64,000 nt of DNA from Lepidodermella squamata (Eukaryota > Animalia > Gastrotricha), in the NCBI GenBank assembly GCA_047495785.1, contig JBLDXI010000024.1:1178001-1242000 (forward strand), read 5' to 3'. Shown here piece after piece: positions 1 through 13,709 of the stretch (positions are counted from its first letter, which is position 1; the number at the start of each line of letters is the position of its first letter). The translations under genes and the position numbers were made by a program. Below the pieces are notes generated by a model. It did not search any database and had not been told where the DNA came from. It worked only from the letters and a program-made list of their open reading frames with translations.

Positions 1-478
1 ATTTCTGGCGGCGATTCTTCGAAAAGCGAAGGCGACTGAATGTCGAAGGCAACGGTGATGCCGGCATTACCAACAGGACGGCGAGCTCGGCTCTTCGATC
101 GGGCAGAACTGGCTGATTTGGGACTGATTTCTTCTGCGTCCATGGCTTGAATAGGTTGAATCCTACAGGAATTACGATTAAAACCGGGATTCACAGATCA
201 AATTGCGGAACTCACGGAGTTTTCGTCGTGCTACGCCTTGGCTTCTTTTGTTTTTCCACCGGCGAGGCCAGTTTGTAGCGTGTTGGCGATTCGTCTTCAC
301 TTTCGAATTGAGATTTCGGCTCGACGCTAACAGTTTTCTTTGCCTTGCTTCGTCCTCGCCGAGCAGCTTTTTCTGGGCTAGCATTATTCCGGCGGATGAA
401 GTCCATTGCCTAAAAACATGGAGAATTTGTTCGTTTTGTTCATGATAAGCCGGGTAGATATACCTCCTCGAGATTCAT
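1..478 (-). CDS. 5' part of an unknown Ser/Pro/Lys/Glu-rich low-complexity protein (runs off the window start)
   Basis: ATG at 478 with GT-AG introns at ~410-463 and ~163-214. The spliced frame MNLEE-AMDFIRRNNASPEK...KTP-IQPIQAMDAEEISPKS...EESPPE is open to position 1. A TTTTCCAG just upstream of the ATG could indicate a further 5' exon. Confidence 0.55.
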
Positions 479-785
479 ACTTGAGACCTGGAAAATTTCT
501 TCGAAAAACTTGCGAATAAAAACTGCGAAATGGCAATTATTCAAAAATAAGGCAAATTTATGCGAAAAATTGAGGTGGATTTTTAATTAATTACTCATTT
601 TTTGTCCAAGGACACGCTCGTTATCTTCTCGGCGGTAATTCCCAGTTTCGAGAACGAAAATTATCATGACGCTTAAAAATAGGTACGAGATAGACGAAAT
701 TGAGATATAAAAACGCCCTCAGACCTTGCTTGGCATAGAGAAATTCTAGAGAACATTTTTCAAGACATTTTTCAAACTAGACAAA

Positions 786-3700
786 ATGGCGGCTGAATCT
801 AGCGAACAAGCGAACGACCTTGATGTTGACTACCAGCCCGTCAAGGTGTTGAAAAGTGGCGATTTCGGCGTCACAAGTTTAGCCAAGTCGACTCGTTTAG
901 TTGTGCTCAAAAAAATTATGGTTGAAAAAGCGGCGTTTTTCGACTCGAGAATCATGGAAATAATTCGGAACGAGGTAAAAAAAATTCATCGCAAAAAATT
1001 ATATTTTATCGCAATTTATTAGGCATACGTCTTGTCGAGGTTCAGCCATCCGAATATCGTGAGAATTTACCACGCCTTCGAGGATGTCAATGACAGTGCC
1101 GTTGTTATGGAGCTTGAATACTGTGGCGGTGGAACTCTGAAACATTTAATCGCTGGCCGTAAAGATAATTACGATTTATTAGACGAAAAACAGGTTAATT
1201 AAATTTACAAAATAATCTTATTTTCATGCTATTTTTTTGCAGATTAAAAATTGGTTTTCACAAATGACCATGGCTGTCTCTTACATTCACGGCCTGCAGC
1301 TCGTACATGGCGATTTGACTTCAAATGTTAGTTCAAAATTAGAAAATTTTCTTGATAATTTTTCGAAAATTTCTCACTAGCATGTTTTTCTAACTTCTGA
1401 TCACGACACCGTGAAAATCGGGGATTTCGGAACGGCCAAGGTCATGGATAAGGCCGGAGCAGCTGTTATTCCAGGTCATACTGACCCTGGCACCCTGGGT
1501 TACATGGCTCCGGAACGTTTTATAGGAGGCCGAAGCCTTGGAAACAACTTCAAACTCGACATTTGGGCAATGGGTGTCATTTTGCATGAAATGGCCACGC
1601 TTCAACTACCCTTCAACATCACAACAAACGACCAAGTTCTAGCTGTCAAAGCTATGATCTCAATTTTCAAAGGAAAAGCGTAAGAACAAACAAAATTCTA
1701 GCTGAAATTTAATTGCGACCAAAAATGTAGGAAAAAGATGTTAAGCTTAGAAGTAAGGATTGCTCCAATGTTATTTTGAGGCACTGCTATTTTGTCGTCA
1801 GAAGTCTCAATTCTTCCTCGCTGAGGTTCCACCTTGGTTTGGTTTAGTTTCGTAACCACCTCCTTAATCCATTTAAGATAGCTATTAACTTTCGCGTAGA
1901 TAGCGGGCCGTGACCCACAAATTGAGTGCCCGAAAGATGTGACACCCTGCAAAAAATACCGATCAGATTTCGCGTCCCGGCACACCAAACCAGCCCCAGA
2001 ATCTCCATTACACGTGTCCGGCTTCTCGCCGCCTCTGCCAGCGCAAATCACCCAATCACCCGCCTTTTTCACTTCAACAGGCATAGGCAAGTCTTCCAAG
2101 CACGCGTTGAAGGGTCGGATCGGTAGAATTGCGGCCATGATTTTGTCGGAATAACCCATGTCTGAGTTGCTAGTCGCGCCCCAAGCTGCGACGTGGCACT
2201 CGTCGTCCATCAATTCCTCATCGCTAACCTCTTTCGAGGGTAAACACGCTGATATCACGCTGTCTTCAATTGTTGTTTCAATATCCTCAGCCCTCAACAA
2301 CGCGATATCGTGAACATCGATATGCAACTTTTGATTTATGACTTTGAAATCAGGATTAATATCAACTGAAGTCACTCGATGAAAGATGCCCGGCAAAGCA
2401 CTCAGCCACACGTATTGCGGCTTTGTTTTGTAGTAGTGACGGTAGACAGTCTTCTCAGTGTTGTTTTTGTTAAGGATTTTGGTAGTCCGCATGTATTTGA
2501 AGCACTCCTTTTTATCGTCTGTTGCCTTCTCAGAATCAGAGTCGAACGCCCATGCAACGCAATGGCCGGCTGTTAGGTAGAAATTATCAGCGATTCGGGT
2601 CGCTGCGCAAGCTGGCAAGGCGCCATCTTCATACAGAGATCCATCGATGCATCTAAATTTTCGCAATTTAAATACGATTTGTTCACCAAAGGGTTGATTA
2701 GTTACCTGAGATAGGCGCGAATGGACCAAGGATGGTCTTGCAATCTGCTTTCTTTTCCGTGAACCACATATCCTGAACCATTTATTGTCCTCCCACATTC
2801 CTTTATTCCCAACAAATTCGAACTAGCCTGCTTTTTCTCGGCAGCAGCGGCCAAGCGTGGGAATATATTAAGAAAAAATATTAATTTTATTAACATAATT
2901 ACCTCCGGGGATAGCTAAAGTATTTTATTGCACTCAAAAAAATTTAGGTGGGTTTTTCAAATTTTCAATTTTTTTTAAATTAAATTTGAAATTTCTTAAA
3001 ATTTCATATTTTTCAATTGTTCACTTTTCCAGAAAAATCCCGGCTTCTATTGATCATCGATATTCGAAAGTTCTCAGTTCATTACTGACCGACAAGCTGC
3101 TGGTTTTGGAACCCGAGTCACGGGCTGATATCGACCAGGTTATGAAGAGCGATTTCATCCGTGACGAAGTCGAGCGACTGCAGTTCAAGCACAATGGCTA
3201 TTATAAAACGCGCCAAGTCGAAAATATGAAAAAAGTTTGCCAATCGAATTTTTCATTTTTTCCCTGATTTTTTGTGTGTTTTCCAGCGGCTGTCAGTCAG
3301 TGATAGTCTTGACGAACCTGCTGCCATTCCGCCGGATGAAGAACGTCGCCGGGAAATAACATCGTTGCTATACGAGTTCGAAAGCGAGCGTGTCCGTCAT
3401 GAACACGAGGTAAAGGCGCTGCGTGAGATAATCAACGAACTGGAACGAGAGCGCCGATTAGCTGCTGATCAGCAGAAATTATGTCAAAAAACGCATGCAA
3501 ACCCTGTTAAAGCTCTGAAGAAAGAACTAACAGTTGAAGTCGACTCGCCTCCACCCTCTTATCGCGAAAGTTCCGATAGTGTAAGTTTGAATTCCGAAAA
3601 CTAATTTTCTCAACTAATTTTTCTACTATAGATTCGCCTCAGCACCAATAGCCGAAAGTCGCAAGATTCGATCCTATCCGTCGAAGAATCGAGTTATTTA

Positions 3701-4537
3701 GGCGGCGAGTTGTTGACGGCTATGGTATTAGGGAAACCAGCCCAAGTCGAGAATTTACTCGACCAAGGTGCCGATGTCAATTTTCGAGATGCCGACAACT
3801 GGACGCCGATCATAGCCGCGTCGCTTCACGGCCATCTCGCCGTAGTTAAAATTCTACTAGACCGCGGCGCTGATGTAAATAGGCGTAATAACGACGGCAG
3901 AAGTGCGATAATGTTCGCAATCGACGGAGGCCATCTCGAGGTCGCTGCCATGCTTCTTGACCACGGTGCTGAGGTCAACGACCGTGACAACGCTGGCTGG
4001 ACGCCGTTGATCTACGCTGCGTTGACTGGGCGAGTCGAAATCGCGCGTTTGCTCATCAATCGCGGCGGCGATGTTAATTTGCGCGAGGCTTGCGGCGCCA
4101 CGCCTTTGATGTTTGCCGCCATTCACGGCAGGTGCGAGCTCGGGAAGCTGTTGATTGAGCATGGCGCGGAAATAAACGCAGCTACCTGGAAAAAACTGAC
4201 GTATTTCAGCTCTGGCCGGGCGAAACTCGTCGACGCCTGCCCGGGTTGGACTGCGTTGATGTTCGGTGTGTATGAGAACCGACTGAAAATCACGCAATTG
4301 TTAGTGCTCGACTTCCATGCTGATGTTGCGATGAAGAATTCCGAGGATCAATGTGCTTGGCACTTGACGAAAAACGACACTCTGAAAAAATTGGTGCAGT
4401 TGCCGGCGAAAACCAGCTCAGATGCTAGTGCTAGCCAACAGCCAGCTAAGCCGAAGAGCCTTCTCTTTGTTCAAGTTCCTCTCAACCTACTACGTCCGAG
4501 ACGCAATACTGACGCTGATGACTTCGTCATCGTTTGA
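786..4537 (+). CDS. NEK-like Ser/Thr kinase domain + coiled coil + C-terminal ankyrin repeats (7 exons)
   Basis: Exons ~786-974, 1023-1193, 1243-1327, 1381-1679, 3033-3234, 3287-3580, 3632-4537, all GT-AG and in frame. Motifs KSGDFG, VVLKK, HPNIV, HGDLTSNH, KIGDFG, GTLGYMAPE, DIWAMGVILHEMATLQLPF (NEK-like), then ~6 ankyrin repeats (WTPIIAASLHGH, TPLIYAALTGR, TPLMFAAIHGR). Confidence 0.85.
1698..2896 (-). CDS. Secreted S1 (trypsin-family) serine protease nested in the kinase intron
   Basis: Signal-peptide-like N-terminus MLIKLIFFLNIFPRLAAA, activation site VVHG and an intron at ~2653-2706. Triad motifs TAGHC, HDIALL and CNGDSGAGL, with Asp at S1 (PDTC). Hydrophobic C-terminal tail. Confidence 0.9.
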
Positions 4538-4681
4538 TTTCTGACGATTTAATCACTAAAATCAAGCGATATTCATTTATAATTGTTTATTCGGTGAAAA
4601 AATGTGAAATAAAAACAGTCCATATCAGGCATAACTCAATTCTCTATGGTTGTAGTCTATTCATATTCAGGATAAGTGATA

Positions 4682-7600
4682 TTATGCCGATGATAGAGAT
4701 TGTGCTGACCACAAACCGTAGTAGATGCCCTTTTGTTCCAACAGCTCGCTATGCTTGCCTAGCTCAGTAACAACGCCATTCTCGATCACAGCGATTACAT
4801 CTGCATTCTCGATTGTTGACAGACGATGAGCGATCACTACGACAGTCCTGCCACTTCTGGCCTTGTCTAACGCGGCCTGAACCACGCGTTCACTTTCTGA
4901 GTCAAGGGCGGATGTTGCCTCGTCGAGGAGAAGCAACTTTGGTTGTCGAATCAGAGCTCGAGCTATGGCAATGCGTTGCTTTTGGCCGCCACTCAACTGA
5001 CCGCCACGCTCGCCAACTTTGGTGTTGTAGCCCTCGGGCAGGTTGCTAACGAAGTCATGAATATTAGCCATTCGAGCTGCGTTTTCAATGTCTTGCTGAG
5101 ACACACTGCTCGTTGGAACCCCGGAAGCGCCATAAGCGATGTTTTCGGCTATGGTTCGGTCGAACAAAATCGGTTCTTGCGAAACCAGGGCCATTTTCGC
5201 TCGAGACCATGACACGTTCAAATCAGCCATCTTGTTGTTGTCCAGTTTAACCATGCCAGCCTCGGGATTGTAGAATCGCTCTAACAACTGGATGACAGTC
5301 GACTTGCCGCAACCACTCGCGCCAACTAACGCTAAAGTCTGGCCAGCATTAATGTCCAGATTCAGACCGCGAAGAATCTTAGCAGTTGGTCGGGTTGGAT
5401 ACCGGAATTCAACGTTCTCAAATGACGCGGAACCATGGAACTCGCTTGGATTGGTCTTGTAATTGGTTTCCCAGTTGACGGCCGGAGTTTCGTCGAGCAT
5501 TTTGAAGATTTCGGCTACGCCATGGCGAGCTTTTGCTTGATCTGGAGCCAATGCATTAGCTGTGCCGATGAAAAACGTACTGAACATGATAGCTATCGTA
5601 GCTGTGAATGTGCCGTTGAAAGTCGATACGCCCCATTCGAAGATGAATACCCGCGCTGCATAAAAGCCAGCAGCGTAGGCGAACAAGTAGCTCGCCTCAA
5701 GGCTGGCGAAGCAGATTCCAGATATCAGCGATTTAACCATCTGTTTCTTGTACCGTTGAACCAAGGGTTCAGTGAATGACGTAAGGAAAGTGTTGTGCAG
5801 ACCGAGAGATGCCACGGTTCTAATATTTGTCGTTGATTGAGCTAACGCCCGCGACGCTTGCTCGATGAACTTGTCCTGGTTGACACTGTCCCCCATCATC
5901 AGCGTTGCAGCTATTGTGCTAATGATTCCGATGGGCGCGAAGCACATCATTATCAAGCTGATTCTCCATTCGTGATACAGGGCGATAACAAGCGCGGCAA
6001 TTATCCCAGATACAATCTGAATCATTTGGGCGATCTGGCCTCCGCTCGCATCTTTCAAAGCCGAGGCTTGAGTTGAGAGGCGAGTAGTAAGAGCTCCGGG
6101 TGAGTTTTCTTCCTTATCGTACCATGTCATGTCTTGCTTCATCATCGCTGTGAACGCCATTTTACGAACCCTTAGCACCACTCGTTCGCCCCCTACAGCA
6201 AACATCCAGCTCATCAACAGAAAACCAATGCAGGCGCCAGCTCCGATTACAAGCATCAACAAGGCGAACATCAAACCTTGATTAAATCGTTCATCTGGGT
6301 CGCAGAGCTCGAAGGCGGTAAGAATTTTCGACAAAACAATGGCATAAGTTGGCCAGACTAATCCGCAGATGATCGCACCAATCGAACCAATGATGTAGAA
6401 AAATGCCTCGCTCGACGCTAGTCTCCAAAGCCGAACCATGGAAAAGTGCTGCTTCACCAGCTTTTGTTCTTCTTTCTTCTTCTCGGATGAGCTTAGCTCG
6501 ATTTTGTGTGTGGTGTCTGTAGATTCGTCAATTGTAAACGAGGCCTTCTCTGTTGCGATCATTGCATTTTTTGCCTTAACAAGGGCAGCCCGGTGATCCC
6601 TCGCCATAGCACATTCATCATTGTTGGGACCGCTACCTTTCTGCGCCTCGACTAGCCTTGCGTAAATGCCTTGTTTAGCAATCAGCTCGCTATGCGTTCC
6701 GACCTCTGCAACCTGTCCAGCATCCATAACGATTATTTTATCCGCGTTCATGATTGTGGAAAGGCGATGGGCGATAGCAATAGTTGTCCTACCCTCGCGA
6801 GCTCTGTCCAACGCATCCTGAACTATTGCCTCGGATTCAGTGTCCAGAGCTGAAGTGGCTTCGTCCAGCAAAAGAACTCGAGGATTTCGAACCAGAGCTC
6901 GAGCAATGGCAATGCGCTGTTTCTGACCGCCACTCATCTGGGCACCCTGCTCGCCAACCTGCGTTTCGTAGCTTTTGGGCAGTTTCGAGATGAAGTCGTG
7001 GGCGTTCGCTAGTTTCGCGGCTCTTTCAACATCAGCTTGAGGGACAGTTTCATCCGACAATCCATACCGGATATTTTCGGCAATTGTCGTGTTGAACAGC
7101 ACAGGCTCTTGGCTGACAATGCCAATGAGGGATCGAAGCGAGGAAATGTTGTATTCTTTGATATTCCTGCCATCGTATTCTACCGAGCCTTCAATAGCAT
7201 CGTAAAGTCGTTGAATCAGTTGAATTATTGTTGATTTTCCGCAACCACTCGATCCGACCAGCGCGACCGTTGTTCCAGGCTCGACTGTCAACGATACGTT
7301 CTTCAGGATAGGAACATCAGCTCGAGCTGGGTAGTGGAATGAAACTTTTTTGAATTCGATCCTTCCTTTGAATGAATTTCTATTGCATTTCGTTCCAGAC
7401 TGAGAATACACATCTACAACTGGCATTTGATCAATAATTCTGAATACTCGAGTAGCCGAAGATCGAGTGGCCCCGAAGGCCTGTACTCCGCCAAGTGAAG
7501 TTCCAAAGGCGAAGGTACCCTCAAGAATTGCGAAAACTACTGTCAGGCAAGTTCCAATAGAGTATCCGGGTTCGCCCTCATTGATCAGATAAACGCCGTA

Positions 7601-8816
7601 GCTGAACCCGAGAGCATACATTCCGATAACGAAGAAATAAGTCGCACCCATTATGACGCCATGGATCAAGCCACTCTTTGAAGCAACATCTTTCACTTCA
7701 CTCAGATGAGACGTGTACCGTTCGATTTCTTCACGCTGCCTCCCAAAAGCTGTAACAGTTCGAATACTTTGAAGAACTTCCTGGGCAATAGCACCGGCTT
7801 TCGCATAGACTGCTGATTCGACGTTGTGGCGGTCGAACGAGACTTTATACGCGAAATAAACGGCAACGATATTAACCGGCAACAGAGTTACGGTGACGAG
7901 GCCTAGCTTCCACCCCATAACTAGGCCGATTGTTACGCAGCCGATCATCGAACCAAGGTTTTGGAGGAACGATGCCAGTTTGTCACTGATACCATTCTGA
8001 ATCTGAGCGACATCTTCCGCGAATTTTGTTGTCAACGATCCGACTTCCTGCCTGTCGTACCAAGCGATGTCTTGACGTAGCAAAGCTCTGAAGTAGAGTT
8101 TTCGAATTCGAAGCATTTGATTTTCGCAGGCTACGCTCCAAAAGTACGATTGGATGAAGGAGACGGTGAACGAGCAGGCTCCGATTACTTTGAACAAAAT
8201 TTCTTTACAAAAGTATGATTTCTAATGAAAATCTTACTTGCAAAATATACAGACAGTTGACTGATAGTGAATTGGTAATTTTGTATTTTGGCAGCTGCTG
8301 CATCATCCATAACGGTTGTAATGTTAGATGGTTCTGTCAGTGTTTGGTTGCAATAATTCTGTGACAATTTTCGCGACTTAGCATTCAGTTTTAAGGTGTT
8401 CTGTTTCAACTCACCGATGGATCTACGAAGTCATTGACGACTAAACCCAAAACCCAAACGAGAAAGGGCATAACACAGCCATGCGCCATTGCTCCCAGTG
8501 TTCCAAGGATGAGTAAAACAATGTCCAAAGCAGACGCAAATCGGAACTAAGAAGATTGAGATGAAAGGCTGCGTAAGGTAATTTGGAAAATTCACTCACG
8601 ACTTTGAAGAATCCAATCGTCGGTTGCTCCTCTTTAACCTGGGAGTCCTTCGCTGCTTTATCGGCATTGGTAGATTTATCCGGGATTTGGATGACGACGC
8701 TGTTTTCGCTAGTCGATTTCCCCTGCGAGTCGAGAGCAGGTTCCAAATTTGAATCTAAATAATGTTTAGTAGAGTAAGTTGGTCGAGGTTTCAAATTAGA
8801 ACTTACTGGCGACCAT
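4682..8816 (-). CDS. ABCB1: ABCB1/P-glycoprotein-like full ABC transporter, copy 1
   Basis: TMD-NBD-TMD-NBD layout with Walker A GSSGCGKST and GASGCGKST, signatures MSGGQ/LSGGQ and LLLDEATSALD. Start MVA at 8816 followed by four short introns, placed by analogy with copy 2, then one ~3.5-kb terminal exon. Confidence 0.93.
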
Positions 8817-9591
8817 GATGATATGAGTTTTGAAAAATATGCATAGGTGAATGAAAATGTCTCCGGGTCGCTCGGCATTTTATACACCATGATTTCGTAT
8901 TTTGTCATCTTGACCCGCCGCCAATTAGTTTCCTTATTTAAGGTTAGCTGAATTGTTATGGTACGATGAATACATTTGTTCATATTACACAGCGTTGGTG
9001 CAATTGAATTGTTGCCTCGTCTGCCTTATAGCCAACACACGTGTTTACGTGCTGAAAAACTTAAAATTCTATTCATAAGCTATACGTTATCTAGAAAGTA
9101 CTATAAGGAGTACGTGTATGGAGGGTCGATTCTTTTTTACGGGGGGTCAATTCTCAGCTCTTGTAGGGTCGTTTTTTTGGTTGGCGAAACGCATCAGAAA
9201 ATCCGTCCATGAGGTCAAAAACTGCTTAATCTTCATTGAAAAGATCATCTTTTTTCATATTCAAGCCAATTTTCTCAGATTAATGGCTGAATAGTTGTTA
9301 GATGGGCAGCTTAATTTCCCATAAATAAAACCAAAGACCACTTACGAATAGGTATCAGCTACATGCCTAGCACATCGAAAACATGTCTTTGCAAGAATTG
9401 TTTGTTTCTCTTGCAGCAGTCATTTGTAAAACTCCCTGACAACATCAGCTTATCTTTTTAAATGATGAAGCGAATTGCACCACGGGTAAGACATGGGAAT
9501 ATGAATTCAATAAACAAATTTATTTGATCTTTCAGAAGCAAAATTTCAAATGTGTCAAGTGGTTATGAAACAGTTTCAAAGTAAAGTGGTT

Positions 9592-12500
9592 TTATGCCGA
9601 TGATAGAGACTGTGCTGACCACAAACCGTAGTAGATGCCTTTTTGTTCCAGCAACTCGCTATGCTTGCCCAGCTCAGTAACGACGCCATTCTCGATCACA
9701 GCGATTACATCTGCATTCTCAATTGTTGACAGACGATGGGCGATCACAACGACAGTTCTGCCACTTCTGGCCTTGTCTAACGCGGCCTGAACCACGCGTT
9801 CACTTTCCGAGTCCAACGCAGATGTTGCCTCGTCTAGCAGCAATAATTTCGGCTGTCGAATCAGAGCTCGAGCTATGGCAATGCGTTGCTTTTGGCCGCC
9901 ACTCAACTGACCGCCACGCTCGCCGACTTTGGTGTTGTAGCCCTCGGGCAGGTTGCTAACGAAGTCATGAATATTAGCCATTCGAGCTGCGTTTTCAATG
10001 TCTTGCTGAGACACACTGCTCGTTGGAACTCCTGATGCGCCATAAGCGATGTTTTCGGCTATGGTTCGGTCGAACAAAATCGGTTCTTGCGAAACCAGAG
10101 CCATCTTCGCTCGAGACCACGACACGTTCAGATCAGCCATCTTGTTGTCGTCCAGCTTAACCATGCCAGCCTCGGGATTGTAGAATCGCTCTAGCAACTG
10201 GATGACAGTGGACTTGCCGCAACCACTCGCGCCAACTAAAGCAAAGGTCTGGCCGGTATTAATGTCCAAATTCAATCCACGTAGAACCTTTGCAGTTGGC
10301 CGGGTTGGATACCGGAATTCAACATTCTCAAATGACGCAGTTCCATTAAAGTTACGAGGATCAATCTTGTCATTGTTTTCCCAATTAATTGCGGGAGTTT
10401 CATCCAGCATCCTGAAGATTTCTGCCACACCGTGGCGAGCTTTTGTCTGGTCTGGGGCCAACGCGTTGGCAGTTCCGATGAAGTAGGAGCTAAACATGAT
10501 GGCGATGGTTGCGGTGAAAGTTCCGTCGAACGATGAAGCGCCCCATTCGAAAATGAAAACCGAAGCTGCGTAGAAACCAGCTGAATAGGCAAATAAGAAA
10601 CTGGCTTCGAGACTTGCGAAACAAATGCCTTGAATCAGAGCTTTCACCAGCTGCTTCTTGTAGCGTATTTGCAACGGCTCGGTAAACAAGGCGATGAAAA
10701 CTTTGTGCAGGCCTAATGAAGCGACTGTTCGAATATTTGTTGTAGACGCAGCCAAAGATTTTGAAGCCTTTTCGATGAACTTGTCTTGATTGACACTGTC
10801 ACCCATCATGACGACGACGGCGATAGAGCTGATGATTCCGATTGGTGCGAAACACAGCATGATCAAACTTATCCGCCATTCGTGGTATAAGGCAATCACC
10901 AAAGCAGCGATGATACCTGACACGATCTGAACTATTTGAGCTGCTTGACCTCCTGTCGCATCTTTCAACGCCGTCGCTTGAGTGGATAGACGTGTTGTCA
11001 AGGCACCGGGCGAGTTCTCTTCTTTGTCATACCAAGCCATGTCTTGCTTCAGCATAGCAGTGAATGCCATTTTACGAACTCGGAGGACTACTCGCTCGCC
11101 ACCGATGGCGAACATCCAAAACATGAGGGTGAAACCGATGAAGGCACCACCGCCGATAACGAGCATGAGTAACGAGAACATCAAACCCTTGTTGTATCGT
11201 TCAACTGGGTCGCAGGCTTCGTAAGCTGTTAGAAGTCTTGAAAGGACAATGGCGTAAGCTGGCCAGACTAATCCGCAGATGATTGCACCAATCGAACCAA
11301 TGATGTAGAAAAAGGTTTCACTTGAAGCCAATCTCCACAGCCGCAGCATTGAAAAGTGCTGTTTGACCAATTTCTCCTCTTCTTTCTTTTTTTCTTCGGA
11401 GCTAAGTTCCATATTAGCGGCGACCACTGCAGATTTTTCCGCGGACTCGGCGGCTAGGCTTTCAAGTTCACGAGCTGAAGCTTTAGCTCTAACGAGGGCG
11501 GCGCGTCGTTCCTGAGCGCTAACTGCGTCTTTATCAGAAAAGCCTTTGCCTTGCTGAGCTTCAACAAGTTTTGCGTAGATGCCTTGTTTCGCGATCAGTT
11601 CGCTATGAGCTCCGACCTCTGCGACCTGCCCAGCGTCCATAACGATTATTTTATCCGCGTTCATGATTGTGGAAAGGCGATGGGCAATCGCAATCGTTGT
11701 CCTACCCTCACGAGCTCTATCCAACGCATCCTGAACAATTGCCTCGGATTCAGTGTCCAGAGCTGAAGTGGCTTCGTCCAGCAAGAGAACTCGAGGATTT
11801 CGAACCAGAGCTCGAGCGATGGCGATGCGCTGTTTTTGACCGCCACTCATCTGGGCACCCTGCTCGCCAACCTGCGTCTCGTAGCCTTTTGGGAGTTTAG
11901 AGATGAAGTCATGAGCGTTCGCCAGTCTCGCTGCTCGTTCTATATCGGCCTGAGGGACAGTTTCATCAGACAACCCGTACCGGATATTTTCGGCGATGGT
12001 CGTGTTGAACAGCACAGGCTCTTGGCTTACGATGCCTATGAGGGATCGAAGCGATGAAATGTTGTATTCCTTGATATTCCTGCCATCGTACTCCACTGAG
12101 CCTTCAATAGCATCGTAAAGTCGTTGAATCAGTTGGATGATTGTAGATTTGCCGCAACCACTTGATCCAACCAGGGCAACGGTTGTTCCTGGTTCAACTG
12201 TCAGCGATACGTTCTTCAGAATGGGAACGTCAGCACGAGCTGGGTAGTGGAAGAACACGTTTCTAAACTCGATTCGTCCTTTGAAAGTGGCCTTGTCGCA
12301 TTTCACTCCACTTTCAGAGTAAACGTCGATATCCGGTTGTTGATCAATGATGCTGAAAATCCGACCTGCCGACGACTTGGTGGCACCGAAGGCCTGAACA
12401 GCGCCAAGAGAAGTGCCGAATGCGTAAGTTCCCTCGAGAACCGCGAAAACAACAGTCAGACAAATGCCGATCGAATAACCAGAATCCGGTTGACTGATCA

Positions 12501-13709
12501 AATAAACGCCGTAGCTGAAGCCGAGCGCGTACATTGCAATCAGGAAGAAGTAAGTCGCGCCCGTTATCAAGCCGGTGAACAGCCCACTTCTCGAAGCTAC
12601 ATCTTTTACTTCACTCAGATGAGACGTATAACGTTCGATTTCTTCGCTCTGTCTCCCGAAAGCTGTTACAGTTCGAATGCTTTGAAGAACTTCCTGAGCG
12701 ACAGACCCAGCTTTCGTATAGGCTGCAGCTTCGGCAGTGTACCGCGAAAAGGCGACTTTGTACATGAGATAAGTTGCGACAACATTGATAGGCAGCAAGG
12801 TTACAGTGACCAGGCAGAGTTTCCAGCCCATCACGAGACCAACTACGATGCAGCCGATCATAGCGCCGAGGTTCTGGATAAAAGATGCCAGCTTATCCCC
12901 GATTCCAGTTTGAATTTGGTTCACATCCTCGGCGAATTTCGTCGTCAGCGATCCTGCCTCTTGTTTATCGTACCACGCAATATCTTGTCGTAGTAGAGCT
13001 CGGAAATAGAGTTTGCGGATACGTAGCATTTGATTTTCCGAGGCGACATTCCAAAAGTAGGACTGAATAAAGGACACCGTGAACGAGCAAGCTCCGATAA
13101 CTGTTCAAGTTGAGATATTATGAATTTAAATTTTATGAATATTTTTCCGACTTACTCGCAAAATAGATTGCCAGCTGGTTGATTGTGTACTGGGCGGTTC
13201 GAATTTTAAGAGCCATTTCATCGCTCATGACTGTAGTTTGATTGGATGGCTCGCTTAGCGTTGAATTGCAGTAGTGCTGTGAAAATTATAATATGATGGT
13301 ACAATCGTTTTGGCAATTTATTGAACTTACTGATGGGTCGACGAAGTCATCGATCACAAGACCTAATACCCAGACGAGAAGTGGCATTACAGAGCCGTGA
13401 GCTATTGCGCCGATCGTTCCGAAAATCAGCAAAACGATATCAAGGGCTGTTGCATATCGGAACTGAAGAAAGAAATGCTCAAGTTAATGAGGAAACCCCA
13501 TTAGGTAACTTACGACTCGGAAGAAGCTGATAGGAGGTGGATCTGGCGAAGGTTCCTCCTTCTCCACAGCAGGTTTAGGTTCATCGGGAATTTTGATGAC
13601 CACGGCGTTCTCATTAACGCCATTCGTCTCTTCGATTGATTTTGCCTCTAAATGTGAAGTTGATTACAAAAAGCTATTGAATTTAGAAAAGATTCTCACC
13701 TGCAACCAT
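9592..13709 (-). CDS. ABCB1: ABCB1/P-glycoprotein-like full ABC transporter, copy 2 (tandem paralogue)
   Basis: Same motifs and same exon layout as copy 1 (ATG GTT GCA G|gtgag at 13709), and an identical C-terminus WSAQSLSSA. Confidence 0.93.

Noticed and set aside
479-500. Acceptor-like TTTTCCAG just upstream of ATGs (also at ~13722) as evidence of SL trans-splicing
   Set aside because: Only two instances were seen; a 5'UTR intron or chance explains them equally well without transcript data.
8817-8983. Upstream start of ABCB copy 1 suggested by ORF 8441-8983
   Set aside because: The paralogue's MVA micro-exon and intron are matched at 8816, so the longer ORF runs through intron and UTR sequence.
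12247-12993. 248-aa plus-strand ORF and other short ORFs overlapping the ABCB, receptor and protease genes
   Set aside because: They are antisense or alternate-frame shadows with no recognisable motifs.
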